Source of the DNA: Monocercomonoides exilis PA203
Taxonomy: Eukaryota; Protista; Preaxostyla
Length of the DNA stretch: 64,000 nt
Direction of reading: 5' to 3'
Assembly: GCA_001643675.2 (NCBI GenBank)
Contig: LSRY02000047.1
Span: 496,001 to 560,000 of the forward strand
Both the position numbers and the translations under genes were made by a program. Shown here in pieces: positions 52,401 to 64,000 of the stretch. Every line of letters begins with the position of its first letter. Position 1 is the first letter of the stretch. Under the pieces are notes generated by a model. It was not told the origin of the DNA and did not search any database. It saw nothing but the letters and a program-made list of their open reading frames with translations.

Positions 52401-54277
52401 AACTTATAGCACACTCTTTTTTCGTTTGTATTTGATGTGAATGAGTTTGCAAATGGATTTGTGAAATCAATGCAAACAGTATCATATATGCACACATCAA
52501 GACCATAGGGGGGATCACCAGAGCAGCTGCACTTCTGGAAGAAGATAAAATAAAATAAAACGCTGTCTATTTGAAGCCCGGTTCCATTCACTTCCGAGAA
52601 CAATCCCCCTCCTTCACTCTTCGCTGAACAATTTCCAAAAATATATTTCTCATTCGAAATGAATCCCACATATAATCACAACGCAACCCTCCCCCTGATG
52701 ATGAATTTGCTTGACATCCAACAAAGAAGCAATCATAAATGCAAGCACTTTCTCCATTTCCTTTTTCTTCTGCAAGACAATTTGGCTTCGAATTGAATAT
52801 AGACTTTAAGAAAATACCACCCCCTCCGCCACTTGACGTGCAGTTCGTGAACCAACAATTAGCTGTTTCAAGGCATGATGATTGGTAAATGTTTATCGCT
52901 CCACCTGTTCCTGAATAACATTGGGAATAATTGGTATTAATAGATGCTGATAACAGCGTATTGTAACATCTTGTTGCTCCTCCATCTGAATCTGAATAGC
53001 AACCAAGAAATACACAAAAATTTATTAAAAGTGAGCATTCACCCCAGCCAATCAAGCACATCGCTCCCCCGCTCCAGTATGTATCTTGTGCATCCGGAAC
53101 ATTTATTGCCTTTGAGGAACTGCTTGTGTGAGAGCCATTCCATTCGCACCATTCGAAAATGAATTCTCCTTCATATAATAAAGTTATTCTTCCAGGATTT
53201 AAAGGACTGCCTTCTGTTCCTCTGTATTCAGCATTTTTTGATCTTCTCGACGAAAAAAATGTGCTATTGAACACAGATAATGATGTGCCACATCTATTAA
53301 TTGATTGAACAATCCCACCATAATATACGTCGCAAACACTTTCAAACAAACAGCCCACAATCGATGATGCACATAAACAGCTCAACTTATTTTCTGTTGT
53401 TGTGGACCTGTGATTAGTTGTATTAATGAAGTGGGATCTGCTTATTGACACGCAGCCGATACGCTCTCCTCCTTCAAACGGGCCTGTCATTGTCTCAATT
53501 GCTTCAAACTTGCTTTGATCAATGGACAGACTCGAGGAAGAGGAAGGAGTTGCGCTAGCAGTTGATGAGGACACAAGCTGAACAATTTTTGTGTCACATT
53601 TGTCGCGAAACAGCAATGTTATTTTACAAAGAAAAACTACCCCGTCATCCACGTGGATCAAAGAAGCACTGTTTCTATCGCAAAAAAGCCCACAACTAGA
53701 GACAACACAGCAACACAACTCCCGGAGTCCAATAATACAGCTTCTATCCACAGATTCCATTTGCAGCAAGTGCACATTCAATGATGTGTTTGCCACAGAC
53801 ATTTTGCATTTGGTATGGCTGTTCTCGAGAAATTTTTTGTTTTCATTTATTTTTTTGTCTCTTTGCTCAAAGATGCAGTTCATGGTCTCTGACTCAAGAT
53901 TCTGTGCTTTTTTTGTCGAAACGGTCCTGCACTTTTCTGAGAAGAATAAATATTTTGAATTTCAAAAAGAAAAATAGGATATTTTCATTTCAATTTCTTG
54001 GTTTCACACTTTCTTCTTCAATAACTTGTTGATGGCTTCCTTTTATGTGCCACTCGGACTTCAAAAGCAACTCATCAGGCCCAAATTGCATTTTTTCCAA
54101 GTCAAAATGTGCATGCTCTCTTCCAAATGATTTTTTGGCTTCCTCACTTGTTATTTTTTCAAATTGTCGTTTTTCTTGACGGATACCATTCGCCTCCTCA
54201 TATTGTATTTCGGATGAACTCTTTGTGAAATTGCACACAAAAAGCAGAATGGAAAGTGGGAATGGAATCAAAATCAT
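40472..54277 (-). pseudogene. Disrupted giant receptor-pseudokinase gene (copy 2)
   Basis: Mirror of 23102-36907 with the same 4 in-frame stops and 3 frameshifts. One private indel at ~52640. It lacks the five copy-1 indels, which explains the longer 1557-aa and 562-aa ORFs. Confidence 0.8.
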
Positions 54278-54499
54278 GAAATATCCTCGATAAACGCTGA
54301 AAATTTGTTGAGAAAATTTGTTATGGGTAAAATACTATTTTTCAAATGGTTTTTTCTTTCATAACTTTGAATTAAATTTTGAAAGAACAAATGTTTATAT
54401 AATTGTTGAAAACAATTGAAAAAGAGTTTTATTATTTATTTGAAAAAATTTTTTCTCATTTCAAGAAAAATACGAATGAAATATGTTTTTCAAATCATA

Positions 54500-57400
54500 T
54501 CAATTGTTCTTAGAAGAGCGAGTGGGAGTAATTTTTTCAAGTGATAATCTGAATTTATCCCAAAATGCGTTGAATGAATTTGATGATGCAAATGAAGAAG
54601 AAGGTGAAAAAGACGAAGAAGAAGAAGATGATGATGAATCAGATGGTCGATGTGATAAATGAAGAGAAGGGCGAACAGCGGCAGGTGAAGATGTGAGAGG
54701 ATCCTTCGAAGAAGAGAATGAATTCTTCGGTGTTGTTTCAGACGGCTGAGGAAACCGAAAAGGAGAAGGAGAAGAAAATGAATGAGAAGAAAAGGAAGAA
54801 GAAGATGAAGAAGAAGATGAAGAAGAAGAAGAAGAAGAAAAGGAAGGAGATGTTTGGGGACGACGCTGAAGCGGAAGAGAAAGAGAGGGAGGAAAAGGAA
54901 GAGTAACTGGGGATACGGAATTGTTTGATGTGAATGAAGAAGAAGAAAAAGAAGAGGAGGAGGAGGAGAAAGGAGGAGGAGAAGAAGAAGAATTAGCTTT
55001 GTTTTCAATTGATGTGTTTGAAGAAGTTGCGGATAAAACTTGTTTTGTTGGGAAAACCATTTTCCTGTGAGCAAACTGAGTTTTGTTGTTTGATGATGAA
55101 GAAAAAGGAGAAGAAGAAGGAGAATTTGAAGAGGACGAAGAGGAAGAGGAAGAGGAGGAAGAGAAAGAGGAGGAAGAGGAAGAGGAAATAGAAGAAACAG
55201 AAGGAGAAGAGAAAAACAAAGGAGAAGAAGAAGAAGATTGTGGATAAGCAGCAGAAGAAGGATGAGAATGAGGTGAAGTCGGAGGTGTTATCATTGGGCT
55301 GAGTGAGCGAGCAGATGAAGTGATTGTTGCTGGAGATGAAAAGCGAGGAAGAGGAAGAGGAAGAGGAAGAGGCAGGTGAAGAGGGAGAGAAGGAGAAGAA
55401 GAGGAAGAAGAGGAAGAAGAGGAAGAAGAAGCAGAAGAAACATGAGAATGATCAGTTGCATTCACTGAATCTGTGACTGACGAAGAAGAAGGAGAAGATG
55501 AAGATGAAGATGAAGTGGTTGTTGTTGTTGTTGTTGAGACAGAAACAGAAACAGGTTGCTCTTTTTGCTTTGAAGAAGAAGAAGAAGAAGAAGAAGAAGA
55601 AGAAGAAGAAGAAGAAGAAGAAGAAGAAGAAGAAGAAGAAGAAGAAGAAGAAGAAGAAGGTGATGATGATGAAGTGGAAGAATCTGATGATAAATGGAGT
55701 GAGGTTTGTGATGGCGATGATGATGATGATGATGATGAAAGCATAGAAGTTGTGCGGGTGAGCTGTTTTGAAGCAGAAAGAGGACGAGATGTTCGCACAT
55801 TCTTCTGCTGCTGGAAGCCGGGTGCTGTGAAAGGGATGGGGGAGAAAGGAGAAGAGGAATGGGATGAATGGAAAGAGGAGAGGGCAAAGGAAGAAGGTCT
55901 TTGAGAAGACGATGAAGAAGATGATGATGAAGGAGAAGGAGAAGAAAAAGAGGAGGAGGATGGAGAAGATGATGATGAAGATGAAGATGATGTGCGATCA
56001 ACAAAACGAACACGTTCAGAATTTTGAGGAGAAAAAGAAGAATGAAAAGAAGATGATGAAGAGGAGGAAGAAGATGAAGAAGAAGGATGAGCTTTCAATT
56101 CGATGTCCCAAGCAACAGGTGGATGAACAATGATTGGCTGATGTGATTGAGAAGAAGAAGAAGAAGAAGAAGAAGAAGAAGAAGAAGAAGAAGAAGAAGA
56201 AGGAGAATTTGAGTTTAATTTATCTTTGGCATTTTCATTGTTTGAATTCGACTTATAGTGAGAAGAAGGGAAAACACTTGATTTTGAACGAGAAAGAGAA
56301 GAAGGAAAGGAGGAAGAGGAAGAAGAGGAAGATGATGATGATGATGAATTTCCAATCAGATCAAAACTTAGTTCTTCTTCGTTGTTATCTTCAATAAACT
56401 CACTTTTCAGTTCTCTATCTAAATCTTCTTCTTCTTCTCTTTCTCTTTCTCTTTCTCTTCTTCTTCTCTCCTTTTCATTTTCATCATCATCATCTTCTTC
56501 TTCTTCTTTGTCTTTATCATCTTTTTCCCTTATATCTCCATTGTATTTTGATTTCAAAGGAAAAATTGAACTCATTTTTTGTTCTGTCGCAAAAGAAAAA
56601 TTGGAATTTTCTTCATCAAAATTCTCTTCTTTTCTTTCTTTTTCTCTTTCATCATCTGAATTTTCACTAAAAAACAGTTTTGTTTGTGAGTTTTCAGATT
56701 CTGTTGAGCTGAATGAAAAGCCTTCTTCTTCATTCTCTTTGTCTTCTGGAAATATTCCATTCAATTTTTTTCCTTTTCTTTCTTCTTTTCTTTCTTTCTT
56801 TTCTTCTCTTCTCTCTTCTCTTCTTCTTCTTCCACTTTGAAATTCTTCTTTTTCGTCTTCGTTGAACCTTTCGCGCTGCCGAAAAGGAACAATTCTTTGC
56901 CTTTTTTTGATGCCTTCATTTTTTTGTTTGTTTGGATAGGAAGAAAAATATGAAGAAGAAGAAGAGAAAGAAGAAGAGGAAGAAGAAGAAGCAGAATAAG
57001 GTCTTGATGTGTAGTAACCAGGTGAATTAGCTTGTTTTGATGGAGAAGAAGTAGGAGAAAATGACGAAAAAGACGAAAACTCACGATTTTCTTCAAAATG
57101 TCCAACAGTTTTGCGTAAATGTGGATTAGAGGAAGAAGAAGAAGAAGAAGAAGAAGAAGAAGAATTTGAAGAAGAATTTGAAGAAGATGAAGAAAGAGAA
57201 GGTTTCTTCACCCTCACAATTTGTCTTCCACTTTCATCCAAAATGATTCGTTCTTCATTCCTTTTCTGTTTTTGTGGAGTGTTCAAAAAACTTTGATTTC
57301 TTTCTTTTTCGCTGTTTTGTTCGTCAAATGTTCGTTTAAAGCTATCAGAACGAGAATTGTTTGGTTGAAATGAGTGAAATGAAGAAGAAGAAGGTGAGGT

Positions 57401-57680
57401 TGAAAGCAAAGATGAAGAAGAAGATGAATGAGAAGAAGAAGAAGAAGAAGAAGAAGAAGAAGAGAAATTTGGAATATTTTGAGTACTTCGTGTGTGTTGT
57501 GAAGAGGCAGGTTGATGTGAATGAGATGGATAAGGTGCAGATGAAGGTCTTTGAGAAGAGGAAGAAGAGGAAGAGGAAGAAGAAGAAACAGAAGAAGGAC
57601 GAGAACGAGAGGGAGCATAAGAATAAGAAGGGCGAGATGTGATGGCGCTTCTATTTGGAGATGAAGAAGAAGAAGAAGAA

Positions 57681-57735
<55 letters not shown>

Positions 57736-59382
57736 TGTTGTTTAGTTCATGTTTTGTTTTTGTGACACTCACAACTCGCACTTCGCCAAATGGCATGTTT
57801 TGAACCTGTCTTTGCTGATGACGTGTTTTTGGAGGGTGAATTGGCTGTTGAGGAAGAGGACGAGAAGAAGAAGAAGAAGAAGAAGAAGAAGAAGGAAAAT
57901 TGGAGAAGGCTAAATGATATGTGGATGAAGGGAAATGAGAAGAAGAAGGGGAGGAAGAAAGAGATGAAAGAGAGGAAAAAGAGGAAGAGGAAGATGAAGA
58001 TGAAAGGCGTTGAGGCGATTCGTGTGGATTCGAAAACGAGCTGCTTTGTGCTGAAGAAGGCCTCGAAACAACGTTTTTTCTATCAGAAATGATTTTTGTC
58101 TCTTTTTCTGTCAAAAAAGCAGAATGTGAAATTGGTTTGTCTTTTTCATTTGATTGATAATCATCTGAAGGAACATCAAATGCTTCCTCTTCTGAATGAG
58201 ATTCGTTCTCTGCACTCAAAAAAGAGGACGAAGAAGAAGAAGAAGAAGAAGAAGAGAAGGAAGAAGAGGAAGAAGGAGATGAAGGAGGAAACAAAACACT
58301 TTCGTTTTCATCGGATGATGCTATAAAGTTAAATCCTCCTCCCATTCCACCTCTGTTCTTCGCCTTCTCCTCTCCAAAAGTGAGGAAATCCACCTCCATT
58401 CGCGTGTGCAGTGGCACAACTCCTCCCAAAACAGAAGAAGGAAAAGCAGACTCCACAATTTCCTTCGCATCGGGACGCAGCTCAGGGTCTCTTGACAGGC
58501 AAAGCATCGTCGCTGACGCAAGTGTGGAGGGCACTCTTTCGCTCGCATTCAGCTGCTTTGGCCGCTCGTGCAGCACAGAAAAATACAGACCCAAAAAATC
58601 AGACGACTGAAACGGATGACGCAAAGTTGCGATTAAATACAATAGACAGCCCAATGACCAGATGTCGGCTTTTGTTGTGTATGGCTTGCGTAGAATAATC
58701 TCTGGTGACATGTATAAAGGTGTTCCGACATGAGTACTCATTAATTCATCTTCGCTTGTTACAGCTCTTGATGAGCCAAAATCTCCTATTTTGATTGTGT
58801 TGTGACTCGAAAGAAGAATGTTGGTTGATTTTAAATCTCTATGAACAATATTATTTGCATGAAGATATGCAACACCTTGGCACAATTCCCAACTCATTCG
58901 AATAATTTCATTTCTTGTCAGTGTTCCAATTGTTTCTTTTTTAGCCTTCACAAGACCATCCAAATTACCTCCTTCAGCATATTCTAATACAAGATATAAA
59001 TCATTCCCTTCTGTAAATGAGTCAAAGCAATGCACCAAATAAGGATGTCTAAGCTTCATCATTGTTTCTGCTTCACGTTGCGCTCTCAGTTTTTCTTGGG
59101 GTTTTTGTGGATTCAGCCTAATTTTCTTTAGAACATAATTTGGGCACAACGGTGCAAATGGAACTTGGGGAGAACTTCTTGCTTTCACCGTTTCAAAAGG
59201 AGGGTTTCCAAGAGTTCCATGTTTGTATCGTACTTTATATACAGTTCCATATGCCCCTCTTCCAACTTCTTCTAAAAAATCAAAATCCTCTATAATGACA
59301 AAAATAAATATTTTTGCAAAAGAAAAATTTGCTGCAATAATTTATTAAATCACAAACTCGAAGAAATTTTCTTTTTTTGCAT
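54500..59382 (-). CDS. NEK (NIMA-related) Ser/Thr kinase, ~1604 aa, with ~1300-aa Ser-rich low-complexity tail
   Basis: Exon 1 (59382-59358, MQKKKISS) splices via intron 59290-59357 (GTTTGT..TAG) to KDFDFLEEVGRGAYGTVYKV. Motifs YVLKKI, HRDLKSTNILL, IKIGDFG, VGTPLYMSPE and KPYTTKADIWSLGC are NEK-type. Confidence 0.9.
55572..55658. repeat. (GAA)29 perfect trinucleotide tract, encoding poly-Ser (TCT) in NEK
   Basis: Read directly; many shorter GAA/GAT tracts lie in 54600-58300. Confidence 0.9.
57681..57731. repeat. (GAT)17 tract, encoding poly-Ser (TCA) in NEK
   Basis: Read directly. Confidence 0.9.
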
Positions 59383-59576
59383 TTCCTATAACAAGAAAAG
59401 CAAAAGAAAATACAAACATAAAACCTTATTATTTTATAAAGGGGTTTTTCTAAAATTTGTTATCAATGTTAATGATGCTTGTTGTGCTTAATTTGTATTT
59501 TTTTATCAAATTGGATTGTTTTCCTTTTTTCAAAAGTTGATCAATTTTCCATAGTAAGGATCTCTGAGAAAAGAAA
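59383..59576. promoter_or_regulatory. Compact bidirectional promoter region between NEK and SDA1
   Basis: The divergent ATGs are ~195 bp apart. A central TTTATAAAGGGGTTTTTC element lies at ~59433-59450. Confidence 0.55.
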
Positions 59577-62500
59577 ATGGCTGAATACCTTCTTTCGAGA
59601 CAGAAGCTTATTGCAAAGGATCCTGAAAATTATAAACAGGAAATATTGGAACAATACAATCATTTCAAATCATTGGTTAAACTTTTGAATGCAAATCCTT
59701 CTAGCATTCCTGAAGAACTTGGTGCAACTGTTCAGTTTCTTTCTCAGTTTTCCAACGCAACAAAAGATATTCTTGGTGACTTTCCAAATGAACTTATGGA
59801 AGTTTTCGCAAATACTGCCACAATTTTAACACCAGATGCGCGCCATGTTTTTGCGAAAGGAATCATTTTGATGAATAATCGAAACCAAATTGATCCAAAG
59901 ATGTATACATCAATCTTTTTTCAAATTTCTTCATTTTATTTCTTTTTTAATGTTTTCTTAAATTTTCAGTATGTTTCCACTGTTTTTCAGACTTTTTGTT
60001 ATTCCTGATAAAGAGCTTCGAAGAACGATGTATTTGCATATGGTCGCATTTTTGAAGAAATATGCAAGACAGCCACAAAACTCAAAAAACACGCATTACA
60101 TTAGAGAGTTTCTTTACAAGACTTTGAATGATCAAAATCAACTTCTTGTGAAAAAATCAATGGATCTTTTGATTTCGATGTTCCAAAAGAACATATGGTT
60201 TGACTTTATAGTCAACTTTTGATATTTCTATTTTTGATACTTTTTATTTTGATAACAATATTAATAGGCAAAATTCTTCGACTGTTACTGTTTTATCCTC
60301 TCTTTGTTTTTCTCGTGTTTCCAAAATCAGAAATTTAGCGCTTTTGTTCTTTCTTGGATGCCATCCAATGCAGATCAAAGGAGCCAAAGAAGGAGATGAG
60401 GAAGATGATGATCTTGATGAAAACTCAAGCAAAGAGACAAGGCGAAAAGGGCAATTTTCTGCCAAAAAAGATCGATCCAACAAAATGAAGAAGATGCAAC
60501 AGAAGAAAAAGAGCGAAGAAGAAGAAGACGAGCAAGCGAAAGTTACACGACAAGATATCTACAACTTGAAGAAGAAAGCTGTGAAGAAGTCTGCTAAGCG
60601 TGCGAAGAAGCTTGAAGCAACAATCAAAATGGCGAAGAAGCAGCAAGCGCTGGCTGAGAACAAAGAAGAATCAACTTCATCTCCGATGGGTTATTTGGGC
60701 CTCACACCCAACCAGATTCTGGACATGCTCCATTCTCCTTCAGACTTCGCGGAGGATTTGATGGCAATGCTGCAGAGGAACTCACACAACCTGCACCGCT
60801 CGGCGATCAATGGAGAGTTTTCTGCTTCTTCCTATTCTTCTTCTTCTTCTTCTGCTAAGATTCCAACTTGCCACATTCCGTTTGCCCAGAGATTGATGCT
60901 GCTTGATTTGATCTCTCGTCTCATGGGTCAGTTTCATCTGTATCTCCCTTCGTTTTTCTCCTTCATGCTGCCATTCCTCACCAATCTCTCCTTCTCTCAT
61001 GCTTCATTCACGCGTGCTTTGGCCTTTCTTGTTCAGGGTTTCCATCAGAATGTGCCTGAAGACGAAGGCGAAGCAGCCATTCGGAAGCTGATGGACCTGC
61101 TGGTTGTGCCTGTGGAGACATTGGCACTTACAGGAGAGGCGATGTCCAGCGATGGGATGAAGTTGAAAGGGAAAGGGAAGAAAAAAGGAGGCAGAGCAAG
61201 CCAAGCAGCTCTCCGTGGTGCGACATCAACAACACTGGCATTCAACACATTCTATTTGATTCTCACTCGATCGCCTTTGGCTCTCACATTCAATTTTCCT
61301 CAGACGCTTTTGAGTGAAATTGCGCTGTTTCGGAGGGCGAAGCACCCGGGTGTATCGAACGGGGCGAAGAAGATTGTGAACTACTTCAGAATTGTCAATC
61401 CAGAGGCGCTGGCGAAGAAGGAGAGGGGGAAAGCAGCAGAAATGATGCTGATTGAGAAGAGACACAGAGAAAGAGAAGAGGAAGAGAGGAGGAAAATGGA
61501 GGAAGAGTTGGAGAGGAAGAGAAAAGCGAGGGCAGAAAGGAAGAAGAGGAAGAGAGAGAGAGAAGCTGCCAAGTTGAAAGAGCTGGAAGAAAAAGGAGAA
61601 GGAGCAGTGAAAGAAGGGGAAGAAGGGAAAATGGAGAAAGATGAAGAAGGAAAAGAAGATGAAAATGAAGAAGAAGAGGATGAAGATGAAGAAGAGGAGG
61701 AAGAGGCGGAGAAAGCAAAGGAAGAATTAAGCGCAGAAAAAGCGAAAGAACAAGGAAAAGAGACAATGCCGTCGACTTTGCCTCTTCCTTTTGCTGTTCC
61801 GTTTCATTTTGGAGAGGAGAGAATTGCAACAGGAATTGATGGGGCAGAGTTTTTGCCTGTTGAAGACAAAGAAAAAGAAGGAGAAGGAGAAGATGAGAGT
61901 GATGAAGGGGAAATGGAAGAGGATGAAGATGAAGATGATGAGGATGAAGAAGAGGAGGAAGAGGAAGAGGAAGAGGAAGAATTAACACCAGAACAAAAGG
62001 AAGAGAGAAGGAAAGAAAGAGAAAGAAAGAAAGAAGAGAAGAAGAAGAAGAAAGAAGATAAAGCAAGAAGAAGATACATGAAGGAGCTTTTAGAGCGGAA
62101 GATGAAGAGAGAAGAAGAAGGAACGGTTGTGAGAAAAGGAGAAAACGATGAAGAAGACGAAGATGAATCGACAGACGATGGATTGGAGGCGCTTGTGTTG
62201 GAAGGAGATTTGGAGGCAGAGGCAGAAGAAGACAGATTGAGAAAAGAGGAGAGGAAGGAGATGAGAAGGAGAAGGTTGGGGAAGAAGACGAGGAAGGTGA
62301 TGGAGGAGGAAGAGAAAGAGAAGGAGGAAAAGGAAGAGAAGGAGAAGGAAGAAGGGAAAGAGGAAGGGAAAGAGAAAGAAGGAAGCGAAACTACTGAAGG
62401 AAAGGAAGAAGCTGAAAAGAAAGAAAAAGAAGATGAAAAAGAAAAAAAGATTGAAATGGAGAAAGATGAAGTTCATTTAGAAGAATCAAAGGAAAGTAAA

Positions 62501-63769
62501 GGAGAAAATGTTGAGAAAAAAGAAAGTGTTCAAAAATCACAAAAAGAGAAGGGAAAGAAAGAAAAGAAAGAGAAAGAGAAAGAGAAAGAGAAAAACAAGA
62601 AGAAGAAAGAAGAAGAGAAAGAAAAAGAAGAGGAGGAGGAAGACGATGAAGATGAAGATGAGGTTGACGATGAAGAAGAGTTGGAAGATGAATATTATTC
62701 AGATGATGATGATGACATAGAAAACGAAGAAATTGATTCAGAAGCAGAAGAAGAAGAAAAAGGGAAAGGGAAAGGGAAAGGGAAATCTGAAAAGAAGAAA
62801 GAAAAGAAAGAAGACGAAGAGAAAGAAGGGAAAGAAGAAGGAGATGAAGTTGGTGATGAGAAGAAGAAGAAGAAGGGGAAGAAGAACAAGAAGGGAGTGG
62901 AAGATATTGAAATTGATAACAATGAAGAAAGCGAAGAAGAGGAAGAAGAAGTAGAGAAAGATGAAAAGGGAGAGAAAGAAGAAGATGAAGATGAAGATGA
63001 TGATTTTGATGAAGATGAAGATGAGGAAGAAGATGAAGATGAGGAAGAAGATGAAGATGAGGAAGAAGATGAAGGTGAAGACGAAGAGGATGAAGAAGGA
63101 ATGGAATGGTCAGATTCAGATTTAGAAGATGAAGAATCAGAAGAAGAAGAAGAAGAGGGAAAAGCAGACAATCCAGAAGATGAGCAAAACGAAGGAGACA
63201 AAAAGAAAGAAGAGAAAGAGAAGAATTATGATGTCAATAAAACAAATAATTCTTCCTCTTCTTCCTCCTCCAAACAGCCACTCCGAGCAGACCAAGTGCG
63301 TATTCTCTCCTCGCGAGACTTTGAGCAGCTGCGGAAGATCCGAATAGAAAAGATGCTGAACTGGCAGGAGAAGATCGGGATAAGAAGTGTGGAAGGGAAC
63401 TCAGCCACGATTGCAGTGGCGATGCAGCTGACAGGGCAGACGAAGAGGGGAGAGAATCCGATTGTGGATGAAGGGGCGATTGTGGGGGCGTATGAGGAGA
63501 GGAGGAAAGAGAAGAGGCTGAAGAGCGAGAGGGTGAGGATGCAGAAGGAAGGGAAGGAGCAGGACGAGTTTGAAGGGAAGAGGAAGAGGAAGAGAAGAGA
63601 GAGAGAGGAGAGGAAGATGACGTCAAATGCAGAAAAGATGAAGAAGAAGAAGGACTTTGGGTATGTCCAGGCGAAAAAGAGGAGGATGAAGAAAGAGCAG
63701 GAAAGAATGCGGATGGCCAGAGGGCGAAGTAAAGTGAAGCAGCACAAAAGAGCAGGAAAGCTGAGGTAA
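59577..63769 (+). CDS. SDA1: SDA1 (60S ribosome biogenesis factor), ~1351 aa, 3 exons, expanded E/K/D-rich region
   Basis: Motifs QKLIAKDPENYKQEILEQYNHFKS, LFFRLFVIPDKELR, W|QNSSTVTVLSSLCFSRVSKIRNLALLFFLG, LISRLMGQFHL, GVSNGAKKIVNYFRIVNPEALAKKERGK, RILSSRDFEQLR and SNAEKMKKKKDF. Introns 59903-59969 and 60198-60267 restore the frame. Confidence 0.92.
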
Positions 63770-64000
63770 ATGATGTTATGGGTGTTTGGAATTTTTGTTT
63801 TTTGAATGAAAGTGATTGATCTTGAAATGTAATAAAAATAAGAATGTCTCATTTCAAAAAAGAAAAAAAAGCAGATTTATTCATCATTGACAATTCATTT
63901 CAAAGCAATGATGAAGAACTTACCTTTTATGTTATAATTAAAAATTATATTTGCATTTTTGATGTGAAAAAAAAAACAATTCACTTCATGAGAACAGAAA

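Larger units (their letters stand above)
39097..54326 (-). repeat. Right arm of ~15.2-kb inverted duplication
   Basis: Reverse complement of 23053-38282. The only differences seen are 1-nt indels and a few mismatches in the last 10-20 nt at each end. Confidence 0.97.

Noticed and set aside
54490-63852. Many antisense or alternate-frame poly-K, poly-L, poly-E and poly-S ORFs
   Set aside because: Shadows of the trinucleotide-rich NEK and SDA1 coding sequences.

Overview
Eukaryotic, intron-containing protist DNA using the standard genetic code. The short GT-AG introns, poly-Ser/poly-Glu tracts and giant Cys/Gly-rich beta-helix receptor-pseudokinase genes suggest an oxymonad such as Monocercomonoides (inference). 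From left to right the window holds: (1) a >3300-aa beta-helix surface-protein gene running off the left edge, with 3 single-base frameshifts; (2) a spliced CCDC81-like gene; (3) a spliced thymidylate kinase; (4) a complete ~4.2-kb pogo-like DD35D DNA transposon with ~41-bp TIRs, an intron, a ~220-aa insert in the catalytic domain and an apparent TTA target duplication; (5) two ~1-kb non-coding inverted-repeat elements; (6) a ~31-kb palindrome with two ~15.2-kb near-identical arms (23053-38282 and 39097-54326) and a ~0.8-kb spacer, each arm carrying a decayed ~4500-codon receptor-pseudokinase gene and a tiny spliced basic ORF missed by the ORF track; (7) a NEK kinase with a huge Ser-rich tail, head-to-head with (8) SDA1. 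No rRNA, tRNA or CRISPR was seen. All alignments and coordinates were read by eye.
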